Positions 20,346 through 29,427 of a DNA stretch of 64,000 nucleotides are shown here, piece after piece (positions within the stretch are counted from its first letter, which is position 1; every line of letters starts with the position of its first letter). Below the pieces are notes generated by a model. The model saw nothing but the letters and a program-made list of their open reading frames with translations. It was not told the origin of the DNA and made no database searches. This stretch comes from Vulcanimicrobiota bacterium. GTDB taxonomy: Bacteria > Vulcanimicrobiota > Xenobia > Xenobiales > JADMJV01. Location of the stretch: assembly GCA_050250895.1 (NCBI GenBank), contig JBFWNU010000001.1, positions 2,788,891-2,852,890 of the forward strand, read 5' to 3'. Made by a program: the position numbers and the translations under genes.

Positions 20346-21007
20346 ACACCATTCTGGCCATGGACACCACCGGCGATACGTTCACGGTGGCGGTCTGGCG
20401 CGAGCATTGCCTGGCCGAAGTGCGGGGCTTGCGGCCGCGTACCCATCTGCGCCAGTTGGTGCCCAGTCTGATGCACGCGTGTGCGGTGGCCGGCTTGACC
20501 CTCAAAGACGTGACCCGGCTGGCCGTCACGGTCGGGCCGGGCTCGTTTACCGGGGTGCGCCTCGGCATTTTGACGGCGCGCACGCTGGGTCAGACCCTCG
20601 ACCTGCCCATCGTGCCGGTCAAGACCCTCGAAGCCCTGGCTCTCAACGGCCGGGCCGGTGGTTTGGTGCTGGCCGCCAACGATGCCCGCAAAGAGGAGAT
20701 CTATTCGGCCGTCTATCGTCTTGAAGAGGGGCCGGTCGAACTGGTGGGGGCGGCGGCCCGGCGCCTGCCCGAGGTCCTCGAGTTGATTCGGGCCCATCCC
20801 GGGGTGGCGGTGGTGGGTAACGCCTGGCAGCGCTATCATCGTGAACTTGGCCAGGCCACCGGGGGGCCGGTGGCTCCCCGCCGCGATTGGTCGGTGCGGG
20901 GCGAGGCGGTGGCCTGGCTGGGTCAACGCGACGATGACCGGGCCGTTTCGTGGCTCGAGCTGGCGCCCGACTATTTGCGCGCCCCTGATGTGCAGGTGGC
21001 CCGGTGA
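20342..21007 (+). CDS. tsaB: t6A biosynthesis protein TsaB
   Basis: ILAMDTT, GPGSFTGVRLG, DARKEEIY. ATGA overlap with tsaE. Confidence 0.95.
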   Translation: MNTILAMDTTGDTFTVAVWREHCLAEVRGLRPRTHLRQLVPSLMHACAVAGLTLKDVTRLAVTVGPGSFTGVRLGILTARTLGQTLDLPIVPVKTLEALALNGRAGGLVLAANDARKEEIYSAVYRLEEGPVELVGAAARRLPEVLELIRAHPGVAVVGNAWQRYHRELGQATGGPVAPRRDWSVRGEAVAWLGQRDDDRAVSWLELAPDYLRAPDVQVAR

Positions 21008-21516
21008 CGGTCGAGGCCATGCGCGTCGAAGACATCGAGCAGGTGCGGGCCATCGAACTGGCCTCGTTCGAGACCACCTGGTCGCCCGAGGCTTTCACCA
21101 CCGAGCTGCGGCACAATCAGGCCGCCCACTACCTGGTGCTGCGCGAGCACGGCCAGGTGCGAGGCTATTGCGGCATCTGGCTGGTGGCCGACGAGGCTCA
21201 CGTCACCTCGATTGCCATCGCTCCCGATTGCCGCGGGCGCGGTCAGGGCAAGTTGCTGATGCTGCGCATGCTCGAACTGGCCCGCGGTCTGGGGGCCCAC
21301 TGGGTGACCCTCGAGGTGCGCGCCGATAACCATGCCGCTCTGTCCATGTATCGCAAGTTCGGCTTCGCCCGGGTGGCTGTTCGCAAGGCCTATTATCAAC
21401 AGAAGATCGACGCCGTGGTGATGTGGGCGGGCAACCTGCATTCCCAGAGCTACACCCGCCGGCTGACCGACATCGAAAGGAGCCTCCAAGCTGTCACATC
21501 TGATTCTTGCCATTGA
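21004..21516 (+). CDS. rimI: RimI N-acetyltransferase
   Basis: IELASF..WS, EAHVTSIAI, LEVRADNHAA..Y.KFGF..V..RKAYY. Confidence 0.93.
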   Translation: MTVEAMRVEDIEQVRAIELASFETTWSPEAFTTELRHNQAAHYLVLREHGQVRGYCGIWLVADEAHVTSIAIAPDCRGRGQGKLLMLRMLELARGLGAHWVTLEVRADNHAALSMYRKFGFARVAVRKAYYQQKIDAVVMWAGNLHSQSYTRRLTDIERSLQAVTSDSCH

Positions 21517-22492
21517 GACCTCTTGCGACGAGACCTCGGTGGCCGTGCTCGAAGACGGCCAGCGCATCCGGTCCAATCTGATCACCTCCCAAACCGATGT
21601 CCATCGGCGCTACGGTGGAGTGGTGCCCGAGCTAGCCAGCCGCAAACATCTCGAAGCTCTCAACCCCATGCTGCAGATGGCTATGGAAGAGGCCGGGGTG
21701 AGCTATTGCGACCTCGACGTGGTGGCCGTGACCCACGGTCCGGGTCTGATCGGAGCCGTGCTGGTGGGGGTGGCCGTGGCCAAGACCCTGGCCGCCTGCC
21801 TGGGTCTGCCCCTACTCGGAGTCAACCATCTCGAGGGGCATCTCTATAGCCCCTTTCTCGAAAACCCTGAGCTGGAGTACCCGTTGCTGGCCCTGCTGGT
21901 CTCGGGCGGCCACACCCAACTGGTGCATCTGCCCTGTGCCGGGCGCTATCAGGTGATGGGCGCCACTCGCGACGACGCCGCGGGCGAGGCTTTCGACAAG
22001 GTAGCCAAGCTGCTCGAACTAGGCTATCCGGGCGGACCGGTGGTCGACAAGCTGGCCACCCAGGGCAACGCCAAGGCGGTCGCCTTTCCCCGGCCGATGC
22101 TCGATAACGGCTACGAATTTTCGTTCTCGGGACTCAAGACGGCGGTGCGCAACCAGGTCGAGCGCGAGCCGCTCGCGGTCGAAGACTTGTGCGCGTCGTT
22201 TCAGGCTGCCGTGGTCGAAGTGCTGGTGACCAAGATGGAGCGGGCCGCCGACGAGTTGGGGGTCGAGAACGTCGTGGTGGCCGGAGGAGTGGCCTGCAAT
22301 TCAGGCCTGCGCCGCGCCCTCGAAGAGATGTGCCTGCGCCGGGGCTTTCGCCTGGCCATCCCTTCGCCCCGCTTGTGTACCGACAACGCCGCCATGATCG
22401 CTCGAGCCGGTTGGGAACTCTATCGGCTGGGGGTTCGTTCACCGCTCGACCTGGACGCTTATGCCTCGATGCCGCTGAAGGACCGCATATGA
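21491..22492 (+). CDS. tsaD: t6A transferase TsaD
   Basis: ILAIETSCDETSVAV, GGVVPELASRKH, HLEGH, SGGHT, DDAAGEAFDK, TDNAAMIA. Start inferred at CTG 21491. Confidence 0.95.
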   Translation: MSHLILAIETSCDETSVAVLEDGQRIRSNLITSQTDVHRRYGGVVPELASRKHLEALNPMLQMAMEEAGVSYCDLDVVAVTHGPGLIGAVLVGVAVAKTLAACLGLPLLGVNHLEGHLYSPFLENPELEYPLLALLVSGGHTQLVHLPCAGRYQVMGATRDDAAGEAFDKVAKLLELGYPGGPVVDKLATQGNAKAVAFPRPMLDNGYEFSFSGLKTAVRNQVEREPLAVEDLCASFQAAVVEVLVTKMERAADELGVENVVVAGGVACNSGLRRALEEMCLRRGFRLAIPSPRLCTDNAAMIARAGWELYRLGVRSPLDLDAYASMPLKDRI

Positions 22493-22974
22493 GCGACGAA
22501 GACCTCGACAAGAAGCGATTTCGGCGCGGCTGCCTGGGAGCCTTGCTGCTGATCGGCCTGGTCGTCGGGTTGGCCTTGAAGTTGCACGCCAGCAAGAAGG
22601 AGGCCGCTGCCCGCCTGCAGGAGAGCCTCTTTGGCCCCTACTGGGCGGCCATCGGTCAGCAGGATTATGCGGCCGCGCGGACCTTTACCACCGAGTCGTT
22701 TCAGGCTCGCTATCCAGCTGAGGATTATGCCAAGAGCTATCAGGTGATGGAAGGCAAATACGGAAAGATGCACGATCCCGAGCTGCGCGATTTGACTCCG
22801 ATGCACGTGCCGGGTCAGTCGGGGGACCGGGTGGGGGTCAGGGCCAGAATTCACTTTGGGGAAAAGCGGATGATCCTCGTTGGCTATGAGGTCGTGCGGG
22901 AACACCATGAGGATGCTTGGAAAATAGAGCTTTGTCGCACTCCCGATCGCGAAGCCGCACCCGGGCCATGGTGA
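22489..22974 (+). CDS. Membrane-anchored hypothetical protein
   Basis: ATGA overlap with tsaD. N-terminal TM GCLGALLLIGLVVGLAL. Confidence 0.7.
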   Translation: MSDEDLDKKRFRRGCLGALLLIGLVVGLALKLHASKKEAAARLQESLFGPYWAAIGQQDYAAARTFTTESFQARYPAEDYAKSYQVMEGKYGKMHDPELRDLTPMHVPGQSGDRVGVRARIHFGEKRMILVGYEVVREHHEDAWKIELCRTPDREAAPGPW

Positions 22975-23031
22975 CTTGATCTCCAATTCCGATTTTCATA
23001 TAATGGAATTATTGGCTTGGAGGTGTTGTAA

Positions 23032-23481
23032 ATGCCGATTCCCCCTTTGGTTGTAGCTGGTGGTATGGCCTTGATCGGGGTGCTTGCTCTGGCCGATCAG
23101 ACCATCCGCCGGACCCAGCCGGGCCCGACCCGCTCCCATATCGACAAAGTCGACCCGGCCGTGGCCTGCCCGGCGTGCGAGCGCGGGATGCGCAAAGTCA
23201 CCTTTCACGGGGTCGAGATCGACGAGTGTCCGTTCTGCGCTGGCCAGTGGTTCGATGTCGGCGAGATCGAGACGATTAGCCAGATGGACCCCATCCCGAA
23301 GCGCTTTCTCAATGTCCTGGCCATCGATGGCGAGATCACGCGTCTGCCCGGCGAACGGGGTTGCCCCCGTTGCCAGCAAGAGCTACAGGCGGTCGAACTG
23401 CGTGGCCAGATGGTCGATGTCTGCACGACCTGCCAGGGGGTCTGGCTCGACCGCGGCGAGCTGAAAAGCGTCGTCAAATAG
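23032..23481 (+). CDS. Tandem zf-TFIIB zinc-ribbon protein
   Basis: Two CPxC...(I/V)DxCxxCxGxW(F/L)DxGE modules. GGAGG RBS. Confidence 0.88.
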   Translation: MPIPPLVVAGGMALIGVLALADQTIRRTQPGPTRSHIDKVDPAVACPACERGMRKVTFHGVEIDECPFCAGQWFDVGEIETISQMDPIPKRFLNVLAIDGEITRLPGERGCPRCQQELQAVELRGQMVDVCTTCQGVWLDRGELKSVVK

Positions 23482-23558
23482 GCTCGCTGCGCTCGCCGGG
23501 GAGCGCCGACTGCGCCAGTCGACAGGATCTGAGCGGTCGGTCGCCAAGCTTCAATGGG

Positions 23559-24146
23559 ATGAATATCGAGGCTTTGCGCAAGCTTTCTCAGGACTCTCGG
23601 GCCGGTTTGAAAGGCGAGCAGTCTAAACTGGTCTGTCAGGTGATCGACGAGCGAGAGCAGCGGGCCAATCAGGCCCTGGCTACCCGGGTCAAGAAGGCCG
23701 TTCAAGAACTCGACAATCGGCTCGAGCAAGCGGCGGCACGCGGCGAGAACGAGGCCGTCTTGCTGCGGGTGGCCTATGCCCTTTATGACTTGCGGGACGC
23801 CGTGCGCGACAAACTGGGACGCATCGGCCCCGAACTCAAAAATAACTTTCCTCACCTGGCTCGCAACGGTCCCCTCGGGTTTCGCGAGATCGACGACTTG
23901 CTCAAAGAACTCGACATCCGCGACGGCATGAAGCGCGATGCGGTGCCCTGGCTCGAAGGCTTTCTCAAGGACTGGAAGAATCACCACCAGCGCAAAGGGC
24001 TCAGACGTTTGATGGGTAAGAAGCTGGCCGTGCCCGAGACCCTCGAGCCGTTACTCGAGGCCTGTCGTGGGCGCGAACTCGAGCCCGAGGTGCGCGAGTT
24101 CAAGGCGTTCGAGGATTCGGGCCTGGAGGTGGTGGTGAAGTGGTGA
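23559..24146 (+). CDS. Hypothetical protein
   Basis: ORF with host-like codon usage starting MNIEALRK. Confidence 0.65.
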   Translation: MNIEALRKLSQDSRAGLKGEQSKLVCQVIDEREQRANQALATRVKKAVQELDNRLEQAAARGENEAVLLRVAYALYDLRDAVRDKLGRIGPELKNNFPHLARNGPLGFREIDDLLKELDIRDGMKRDAVPWLEGFLKDWKNHHQRKGLRRLMGKKLAVPETLEPLLEACRGRELEPEVREFKAFEDSGLEVVVKW

Positions 24147-24634
24147 GATATCTGTTGTTGGCTCTCGTGCTGGTGACGCCTTGCTGGGGTGACACCGTGG
24201 AGGTCTTGGGCTTTCGTTTCGAAACGCCGCTCCAGCTGAGCGAACCGACCGAACTCGCGTCGAGCACCCGCAGCTTTCAGTTTCCCGCCGACAAACCTTA
24301 TAAAGAGGCGGAGTTCGAAGTGGTGGTCCACCTGATCAGCGCCAACGAGGTCAAAGCCATGGAAGGCCTCGACCCCGTCGAGGTGGCCGTCACGAACTTT
24401 CTGGGCGTCACCGGTGAGCCGACCCAGGTCAACAAGGCCCTCTTCATGGGCAAGACGGCCGCCGACCGGGTCTATGAGTCGAGTATCCCCAGGAAATGCC
24501 GAGTGCACGTATTGTCGAGCGCTCTGCTCGACGGAGGCCGGGTGATGTTGGCCTTTCGCGTCTTTGACGACCAGCGCTTTGGCGATTTCTTTCGCGAAGT
24601 AAAGAGCAGCTTCGCCCCTCTACCCAAAGAATAG
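24140..24634 (+). CDS. Secreted hypothetical protein
   Basis: Signal peptide RYLLLALVLVTPCWG. Confidence 0.7.
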   Translation: MVRYLLLALVLVTPCWGDTVEVLGFRFETPLQLSEPTELASSTRSFQFPADKPYKEAEFEVVVHLISANEVKAMEGLDPVEVAVTNFLGVTGEPTQVNKALFMGKTAADRVYESSIPRKCRVHVLSSALLDGGRVMLAFRVFDDQRFGDFFREVKSSFAPLPKE

Positions 24635-24682
24635 CAGTCCATCAGGCAGGGCTGTCGAGGCTGCCACCAGAAGTTTTCGCCT

Positions 24683-25753
24683 ATGCTTGAGGGCCTTGAA
24701 CGCATGGTTGGCGGCGAAATCCGCGAGGTCGCCAAACTGGCCGGCTTACCCGAGTCGACCCCTGAGGACGCGGTCATTCATCAGGCCCTGGCCTGGCTTG
24801 CTTACGTGGTCGGGCAAAGCGATTTGCGCCACGAGTCGATCGAGCGTGGTGTGCTCGAGTGGCTGGCCACCCGCTGGGGCATCGAGTTCAAAGAAAGCAC
24901 CTACAACGACGATATCGAGCGCAATCTGCGCCTGGAAATGTCCCGCCGGGCCGTGGTGTCTCTCTCGCCGGTGTGGAGGATCGCCTGTGCCCTGCTGGCG
25001 GCCGAGCGCTCACGCGTCAGCGAAGAGAAGATGGATATGCTGATGCGGGCCGCCAGTCTGGCCATCCCCTCCGTCTCGGTGGTGGCCGAGAAACGACGCG
25101 AGTGGGAAGACCTGATGGTCATTTGGGGAGACTCAGACCCCCGGCCAGAACTCGAGGCGGACTGCCAGACTTTGGCCGCCCGACCGCAACTGGCCGCCCA
25201 CGCCCTGGATCTCGGGTTGGTGGTGGCCATGGTCGACGGCCGCCTCTCTCCCAGCGAAGAGAACCTGGCTCGCGACCTGGGCACCTCGATGGGCGTGGGC
25301 GAAGACATGGTGCGGGCTCGCGCAGCCGACCTCAATCAGATCTTCTGGAGCCATCAGAATCGACGCTCGGCGGCCACTCCCAACGCCCGCAATCTGCCTT
25401 TGAAAGCCGCCTGGGACACCCTCGAAAGTTCGGGCTGCCTGAGCGCTCTGGTGGGCGCGGTCGGCAAAGACCTCGGCGAAGCCGAGGGCGGCGGGGATGC
25501 CGGTTCGGTGGTTCACCTTTTGCACTACAGCATCGTCAAGCAGCATCTGCGGCTGGTCGAGGCCAGCGAGCGCGCCGAACTTGAACTCGAGCGACTCAAG
25601 GCCGAGCGTTCGCGGGCCGAGAAGCCCAAGGCCGAAGCCCCACCACCACCGCCGCCTCCGCCCGACTCGGCAGCCACGGCCTTCAAGCCTCTGGTCGAAC
25701 TCGACATGGTCAAGAATAAACCCGGCGAGAGACGCTCGATCAAGCTCGACTGA
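24683..25753 (+). CDS. TerB-like domain protein
   Basis: VVAMVDGRLSPSEENLARDLGTSMGV resembles the TerB helix motif. Confidence 0.65.
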   Translation: MLEGLERMVGGEIREVAKLAGLPESTPEDAVIHQALAWLAYVVGQSDLRHESIERGVLEWLATRWGIEFKESTYNDDIERNLRLEMSRRAVVSLSPVWRIACALLAAERSRVSEEKMDMLMRAASLAIPSVSVVAEKRREWEDLMVIWGDSDPRPELEADCQTLAARPQLAAHALDLGLVVAMVDGRLSPSEENLARDLGTSMGVGEDMVRARAADLNQIFWSHQNRRSAATPNARNLPLKAAWDTLESSGCLSALVGAVGKDLGEAEGGGDAGSVVHLLHYSIVKQHLRLVEASERAELELERLKAERSRAEKPKAEAPPPPPPPPDSAATAFKPLVELDMVKNKPGERRSIKLD

Positions 25754-26442
25754 TGCCACGTCCCTGGACCGTTCTCGAGACCGTCGACACCGCTGACGGA
25801 CCGCTGGAGTTGCGCCAGCGCGACACTAGCGACTTCATGATCACCATCGACGGTCGGGTGCTCATGAACAGTCTGGCTAATCGCTCCGAGGTGGCCCTTG
25901 GGCAAGCCGTTGCCCCGGTGGCACACCGGGCCCGGCCTCGGGTGCTGGTCGGCGGGCTCGGCATGGGTTACACCCTCAAAGCGGTCCTCGATACTTTGCC
26001 TGCCAAGGCCGAGGTGGTGGTGGTCGAACTCAACCCGGTGGTCGAGAAGTGGTGCCGCGGTCCGCTGGCCCACCTCACCGACAACGCCCTGTCGGACCCG
26101 CGGGTCCGGTTGGTGCTCGACGATGTGGCCAATTTCATGGCTCAGGCTCCCGCTCGGGCCTATGACGCCATCCTGCTGGACCTGCACGAGGGCCCCAACC
26201 AGAAAGGTCGGGGCGATCCGTTCTGGGGCATCGCCCCCGATCTGGCCCGCCACGCCCTCAAGCCGAGCGGCCTGTTGGCGGTGTGGTCTGAAGAAGGCGG
26301 TCAGGCCTTTCAGAAAAACCTCAAGAACGCGGGCTTTGGCGTTGAACTCCAGCGGCTGGGCAAAGGGGGCAGGCGGCACGCCGTCTATCTCGCCCGGCCC
26401 GAACGACCCGGGCCGCGCCCCTCAAAACGCCGCCGCTCTTGA
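25753..26442 (+). CDS. Spermidine-synthase-like SAM-binding protein
   Basis: VLVGGLGMGYTL, VVVEL, YDAILLD..GP. Confidence 0.85.
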   Translation: MPRPWTVLETVDTADGPLELRQRDTSDFMITIDGRVLMNSLANRSEVALGQAVAPVAHRARPRVLVGGLGMGYTLKAVLDTLPAKAEVVVVELNPVVEKWCRGPLAHLTDNALSDPRVRLVLDDVANFMAQAPARAYDAILLDLHEGPNQKGRGDPFWGIAPDLARHALKPSGLLAVWSEEGGQAFQKNLKNAGFGVELQRLGKGGRRHAVYLARPERPGPRPSKRRRS

Positions 26443-26500
26443 CGATTTCTTCACACAACCCGGCTAAGCTTGGTCCTTAGAAACCTGACAAGGAGCTGCC

Positions 26501-26905
26501 ATGGGTTTATTGGCTGAGTTCAAAGAGTTCGCCCTCAAGGGCAACGTGGTGGATATGGCCGTGGGTATCGTGATCGGTGCCGGCTTTGGCAAGGTCGTCT
26601 CGACTTTTGTCGAGAACGTCGTTACCCCGCCGCTGGGTCTGGCCATCGGGGGCGTCAACTTCAATCAGCTGGGCATCGTGCTCAAGCAAGCCGTGGGAGA
26701 AGCTCCGGCTGTGGTGCTAAAATACGGGGTCTTTCTGCAGGCAGTCTTCGATTTCGTCATCGTTGCCGCCGCCATGTTCGCCGTGGTCAAGGCCATGAAT
26801 TCACTCAAGCGCAAAGAGGAGGCCGCCCCCGCAGCGCCTCCCGAACCCTCGGCCGAAGAGAAGCTGCTGATCGAGATTCGCGACCTGCTGGCCGCCAGGA
26901 GCTGA
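26501..26905 (+). CDS. mscL: Large-conductance mechanosensitive channel
   Basis: [28 protein letters not shown]...LLIEIRDLL. Confidence 0.97.
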   Translation: MGLLAEFKEFALKGNVVDMAVGIVIGAGFGKVVSTFVENVVTPPLGLAIGGVNFNQLGIVLKQAVGEAPAVVLKYGVFLQAVFDFVIVAAAMFAVVKAMNSLKRKEEAAPAAPPEPSAEEKLLIEIRDLLAARS

Positions 26906-26963
26906 TATTTCAGCACTCGTTGAGGCCCGCGCCGTAGTTTGCTAGGTGGAGAGGTATCCACCA

Positions 26964-27626
26964 ATGCAAGTCTCATCCCAGCGGACCGCCGTCGCGGCGG
27001 CCGGTTCTGATATTGCCCGCTGTCTCACCCGCAGCCGGCGGGCCCCCAGCCTGGCCGCTTTAAGCGACTATCCCGAATTGGGCTCGATGGTGCGCCACGA
27101 GCAGGCGCGCTACGGCCAGCAACGCCTGAGCAACGACGAAATCGCCGTGACCGATCTGGTCAAGGTGCTGAGCCTGGCCGCCCACGACAAACTTCAGGCT
27201 CGCGACCACGCCGCAGCCAGATTGCACTCGCTCGAATCCAATCTGGCCGCCTGCGCGCGGCGCCGAGGCTGGACCGGTTGGCTGGCCGCCGCCGGTAGTC
27301 TGGCTCTAGGAGCCGGCTGCTTGGGCGCAGGGTCCCCAGCCGTCACGGCCGGCATTGTCGGTCTGGGGCTAGCCGGGGCCAATCACCTCTCGGTCGCCTC
27401 GAGTCTCAGCCGACTCGAGCCCGAGGTGGCCGGCTATCGGACCTTCTCGGCCAACCTGGCCGAACAGTCCCAGAACCTGGAACAGTTGGTCAGTGAACTC
27501 AAGGCCGCCGGCAGTCGCTGGCAGGTTACCGAACTCGCTCCTGGTTCGGAGCGGCCGGTCGGCGATCTCGAGGCGCTGCCCGAATCGGTGAGGATCGGGG
27601 ACTTCTCTATCTCGGTCGAGGGTTAG
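26964..27626 (+). CDS. Hypothetical protein with coiled coil and central hydrophobic hairpin
   Basis: GGAGAGG RBS before ATG 26964. Two Gly/Ala-rich hydrophobic helices. Confidence 0.65.
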   Translation: MQVSSQRTAVAAAGSDIARCLTRSRRAPSLAALSDYPELGSMVRHEQARYGQQRLSNDEIAVTDLVKVLSLAAHDKLQARDHAAARLHSLESNLAACARRRGWTGWLAAAGSLALGAGCLGAGSPAVTAGIVGLGLAGANHLSVASSLSRLEPEVAGYRTFSANLAEQSQNLEQLVSELKAAGSRWQVTELAPGSERPVGDLEALPESVRIGDFSISVEG

Positions 27627-27629
27627 GGA

Positions 27630-28244
27630 CTACTCGCCGCCGCCGCCGTCGCCCCCGCCGCCATCACCACCGCCGTCGCCGCCCCCGCAACCGCCACCAT
27701 CGCCGCCCCCGCCCCCGCCATCGCCACCGCCGTCGCCGCCGCAGCCGCCAGCGTCTCCGCCACACGAGCCGGCATCGCCGCAGCTACCGGCGTCGGCTCC
27801 GCAGGCCCCAGCATCCGAACTGCTGTCATTGCCGCAAGCGTCGGCCGAGGCCTCGCCACAAGCATCGGCAGACGCTTCCCCGCAGGCATCGGCCGAGGCT
27901 TCACCGCAGGCGTCAGCCGAAGCCTCACCACAGGACGCTTCGGCTCCGCAGGCCTCGCCTCCGCCGCCTTCGCTGCCGTTTACCGACGCCTGGCCACAGG
28001 CCTGGGCCCCGAGAAAGCCCAGCATGCCGCTGGCCGAAAGGCTGGCCTCGGCACAACCGTTGAAGCCCGCCTGGCCACCGTTGCCAAACCCCGCATAACT
28101 CGAGGTGCAGGTGTTGCCGTTGACCATCGACGAGATGGTCGAAAGCTGGGCTAACAGGACGCCCATCTGCGAGGTGTTCAGGCAGGGTTGGGCGGCCGGC
28201 AGACCCTGTAGACAAAATTGGGCTTGAAAAGAGATTGTAGCCAT
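27630..28244 (-). CDS. Cys/Gly/Ala/Asp-rich repeat protein (candidate RiPP precursor or metal-binding protein)
   Basis: GGAGG RBS. 4x CGEASADA with synonymous codon variation. 16 Cys, no Lys/Arg/His. Confidence 0.75.
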   Translation of the reverse strand: MATISFQAQFCLQGLPAAQPCLNTSQMGVLLAQLSTISSMVNGNTCTSSYAGFGNGGQAGFNGCAEASLSASGMLGFLGAQACGQASVNGSEGGGGEACGAEASCGEASADACGEASADACGEASADACGEASADACGNDSSSDAGACGADAGSCGDAGSCGGDAGGCGGDGGGDGGGGGGDGGGCGGGDGGGDGGGGDGGGGE

Positions 28245-28429
28245 CAGAGAACCTCCAGGTTGATTTGAGCCCAGTCTAGGGTCTTGCAATGGCGGAAAGC
28301 TTGGAAAAACGAAACTTTGTTATGAACGATCTGTAACAAGATATCCGATGGGATGCCCGGGGGGTATCCCCACGGATAAGCACCACGTTTTTCGGAGGTT
28401 CTCCACTTCGACTTCGCAAATCTCTCCGG

Positions 28430-28837
28430 GTGGAGTTTGCTCGAGCCGTGCGGGGCAGCTTGTTGATCGAGATCCTCATCGGTCTGGCTGTCTTTGCCGG
28501 GGGGGTCTTGCTGGCTTTGAGCGTCTTTCCCACCAGTGGTCGCGCCCTCGAGCAGTCCGAGAACCGCACCCTGGCTATCAACCTGGCCCGTCGTGTGCTC
28601 GAGAGCCAGCGGGCGCTCACCTTTGATGGTGTTGCCCTGGGCCTGCAAGCAGACCAGACCGTCAAGCTGACCGGGGTGTCCAAGGGGGCCACTACCAACC
28701 AGGAATTCATCTACGCTGTCGATGTCACCGAGCCAACCCCCGGTCGAAAGCTTAAGAGCGTGCGAGTCGAGGTGCGCTGGCGGCATGGCAGCGCCGCCCG
28801 CAAGGTCGAACTGCAGACCTACATGGCGCCCTTATGA
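28430..28837 (+). CDS. Type IV minor pilin/pseudopilin (PilV-like)
   Basis: RG-SLLIE prepilin-type site followed by a hydrophobic helix. Confidence 0.8.
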   Translation: MEFARAVRGSLLIEILIGLAVFAGGVLLALSVFPTSGRALEQSENRTLAINLARRVLESQRALTFDGVALGLQADQTVKLTGVSKGATTNQEFIYAVDVTEPTPGRKLKSVRVEVRWRHGSAARKVELQTYMAPL

Positions 28838-29427
28838 GACATTCCCGAGGCTTTAGCCTGATCGAAGCCTTCCTGGCGCTCTTTCTGCTGATGGTCCTGT
28901 TGAGCGGTCTTTACGCCGTGATGCTCAGTGGACTCGACAGCATCCGCCAGGCCAGGGCCTTCGCGGCCGCCCAGCAGCAGGCGTTGCAGGGTATGGCGAG
29001 CGTTCTGACCGAGTTCTCGAATAGCACTCCGGCTTCGGTGACCCTGGCTCCCGAGCACGTCATCTTCCTTTCGCCCGAACCTCCTCTGCCCACCGGAGGC
29101 GCCTTCGTCTTCTCCCCGGCGGGAAAGCTGATGTGGCAAAAGTGGGTCTGCTTCTACCGCGATGGCGCTGCCAAGCAACTGGTGCGAGCCGAAATCCCCC
29201 TGTCGGCAGCGATCGACGAAGCGGTGCCGTCGCCTCCGGTGCCGAGCCTGGCCGACTTTCAGGCGGCCGCCCAGCGCCAGACGGTGGCTCGCAACATCTC
29301 GGCCGCCAGCTTTGCCAACGAGGCCTTTCCCGATTGCTTTCTGGTGCGCATTGAAGCGGCCGAACAGGTTACTTCTGAACAGATTACCGAGGTTCACCTC
29401 GAGAGCACCGTGAGGATGGTGAATTAG
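28834..29427 (+). CDS. Type IV minor pilin/pseudopilin (PilW/GspJ-like)
   Basis: RG-FSLIE prepilin peptidase motif. Confidence 0.85.
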   Translation: MRHSRGFSLIEAFLALFLLMVLLSGLYAVMLSGLDSIRQARAFAAAQQQALQGMASVLTEFSNSTPASVTLAPEHVIFLSPEPPLPTGGAFVFSPAGKLMWQKWVCFYRDGAAKQLVRAEIPLSAAIDEAVPSPPVPSLADFQAAAQRQTVARNISAASFANEAFPDCFLVRIEAAEQVTSEQITEVHLESTVRMVN

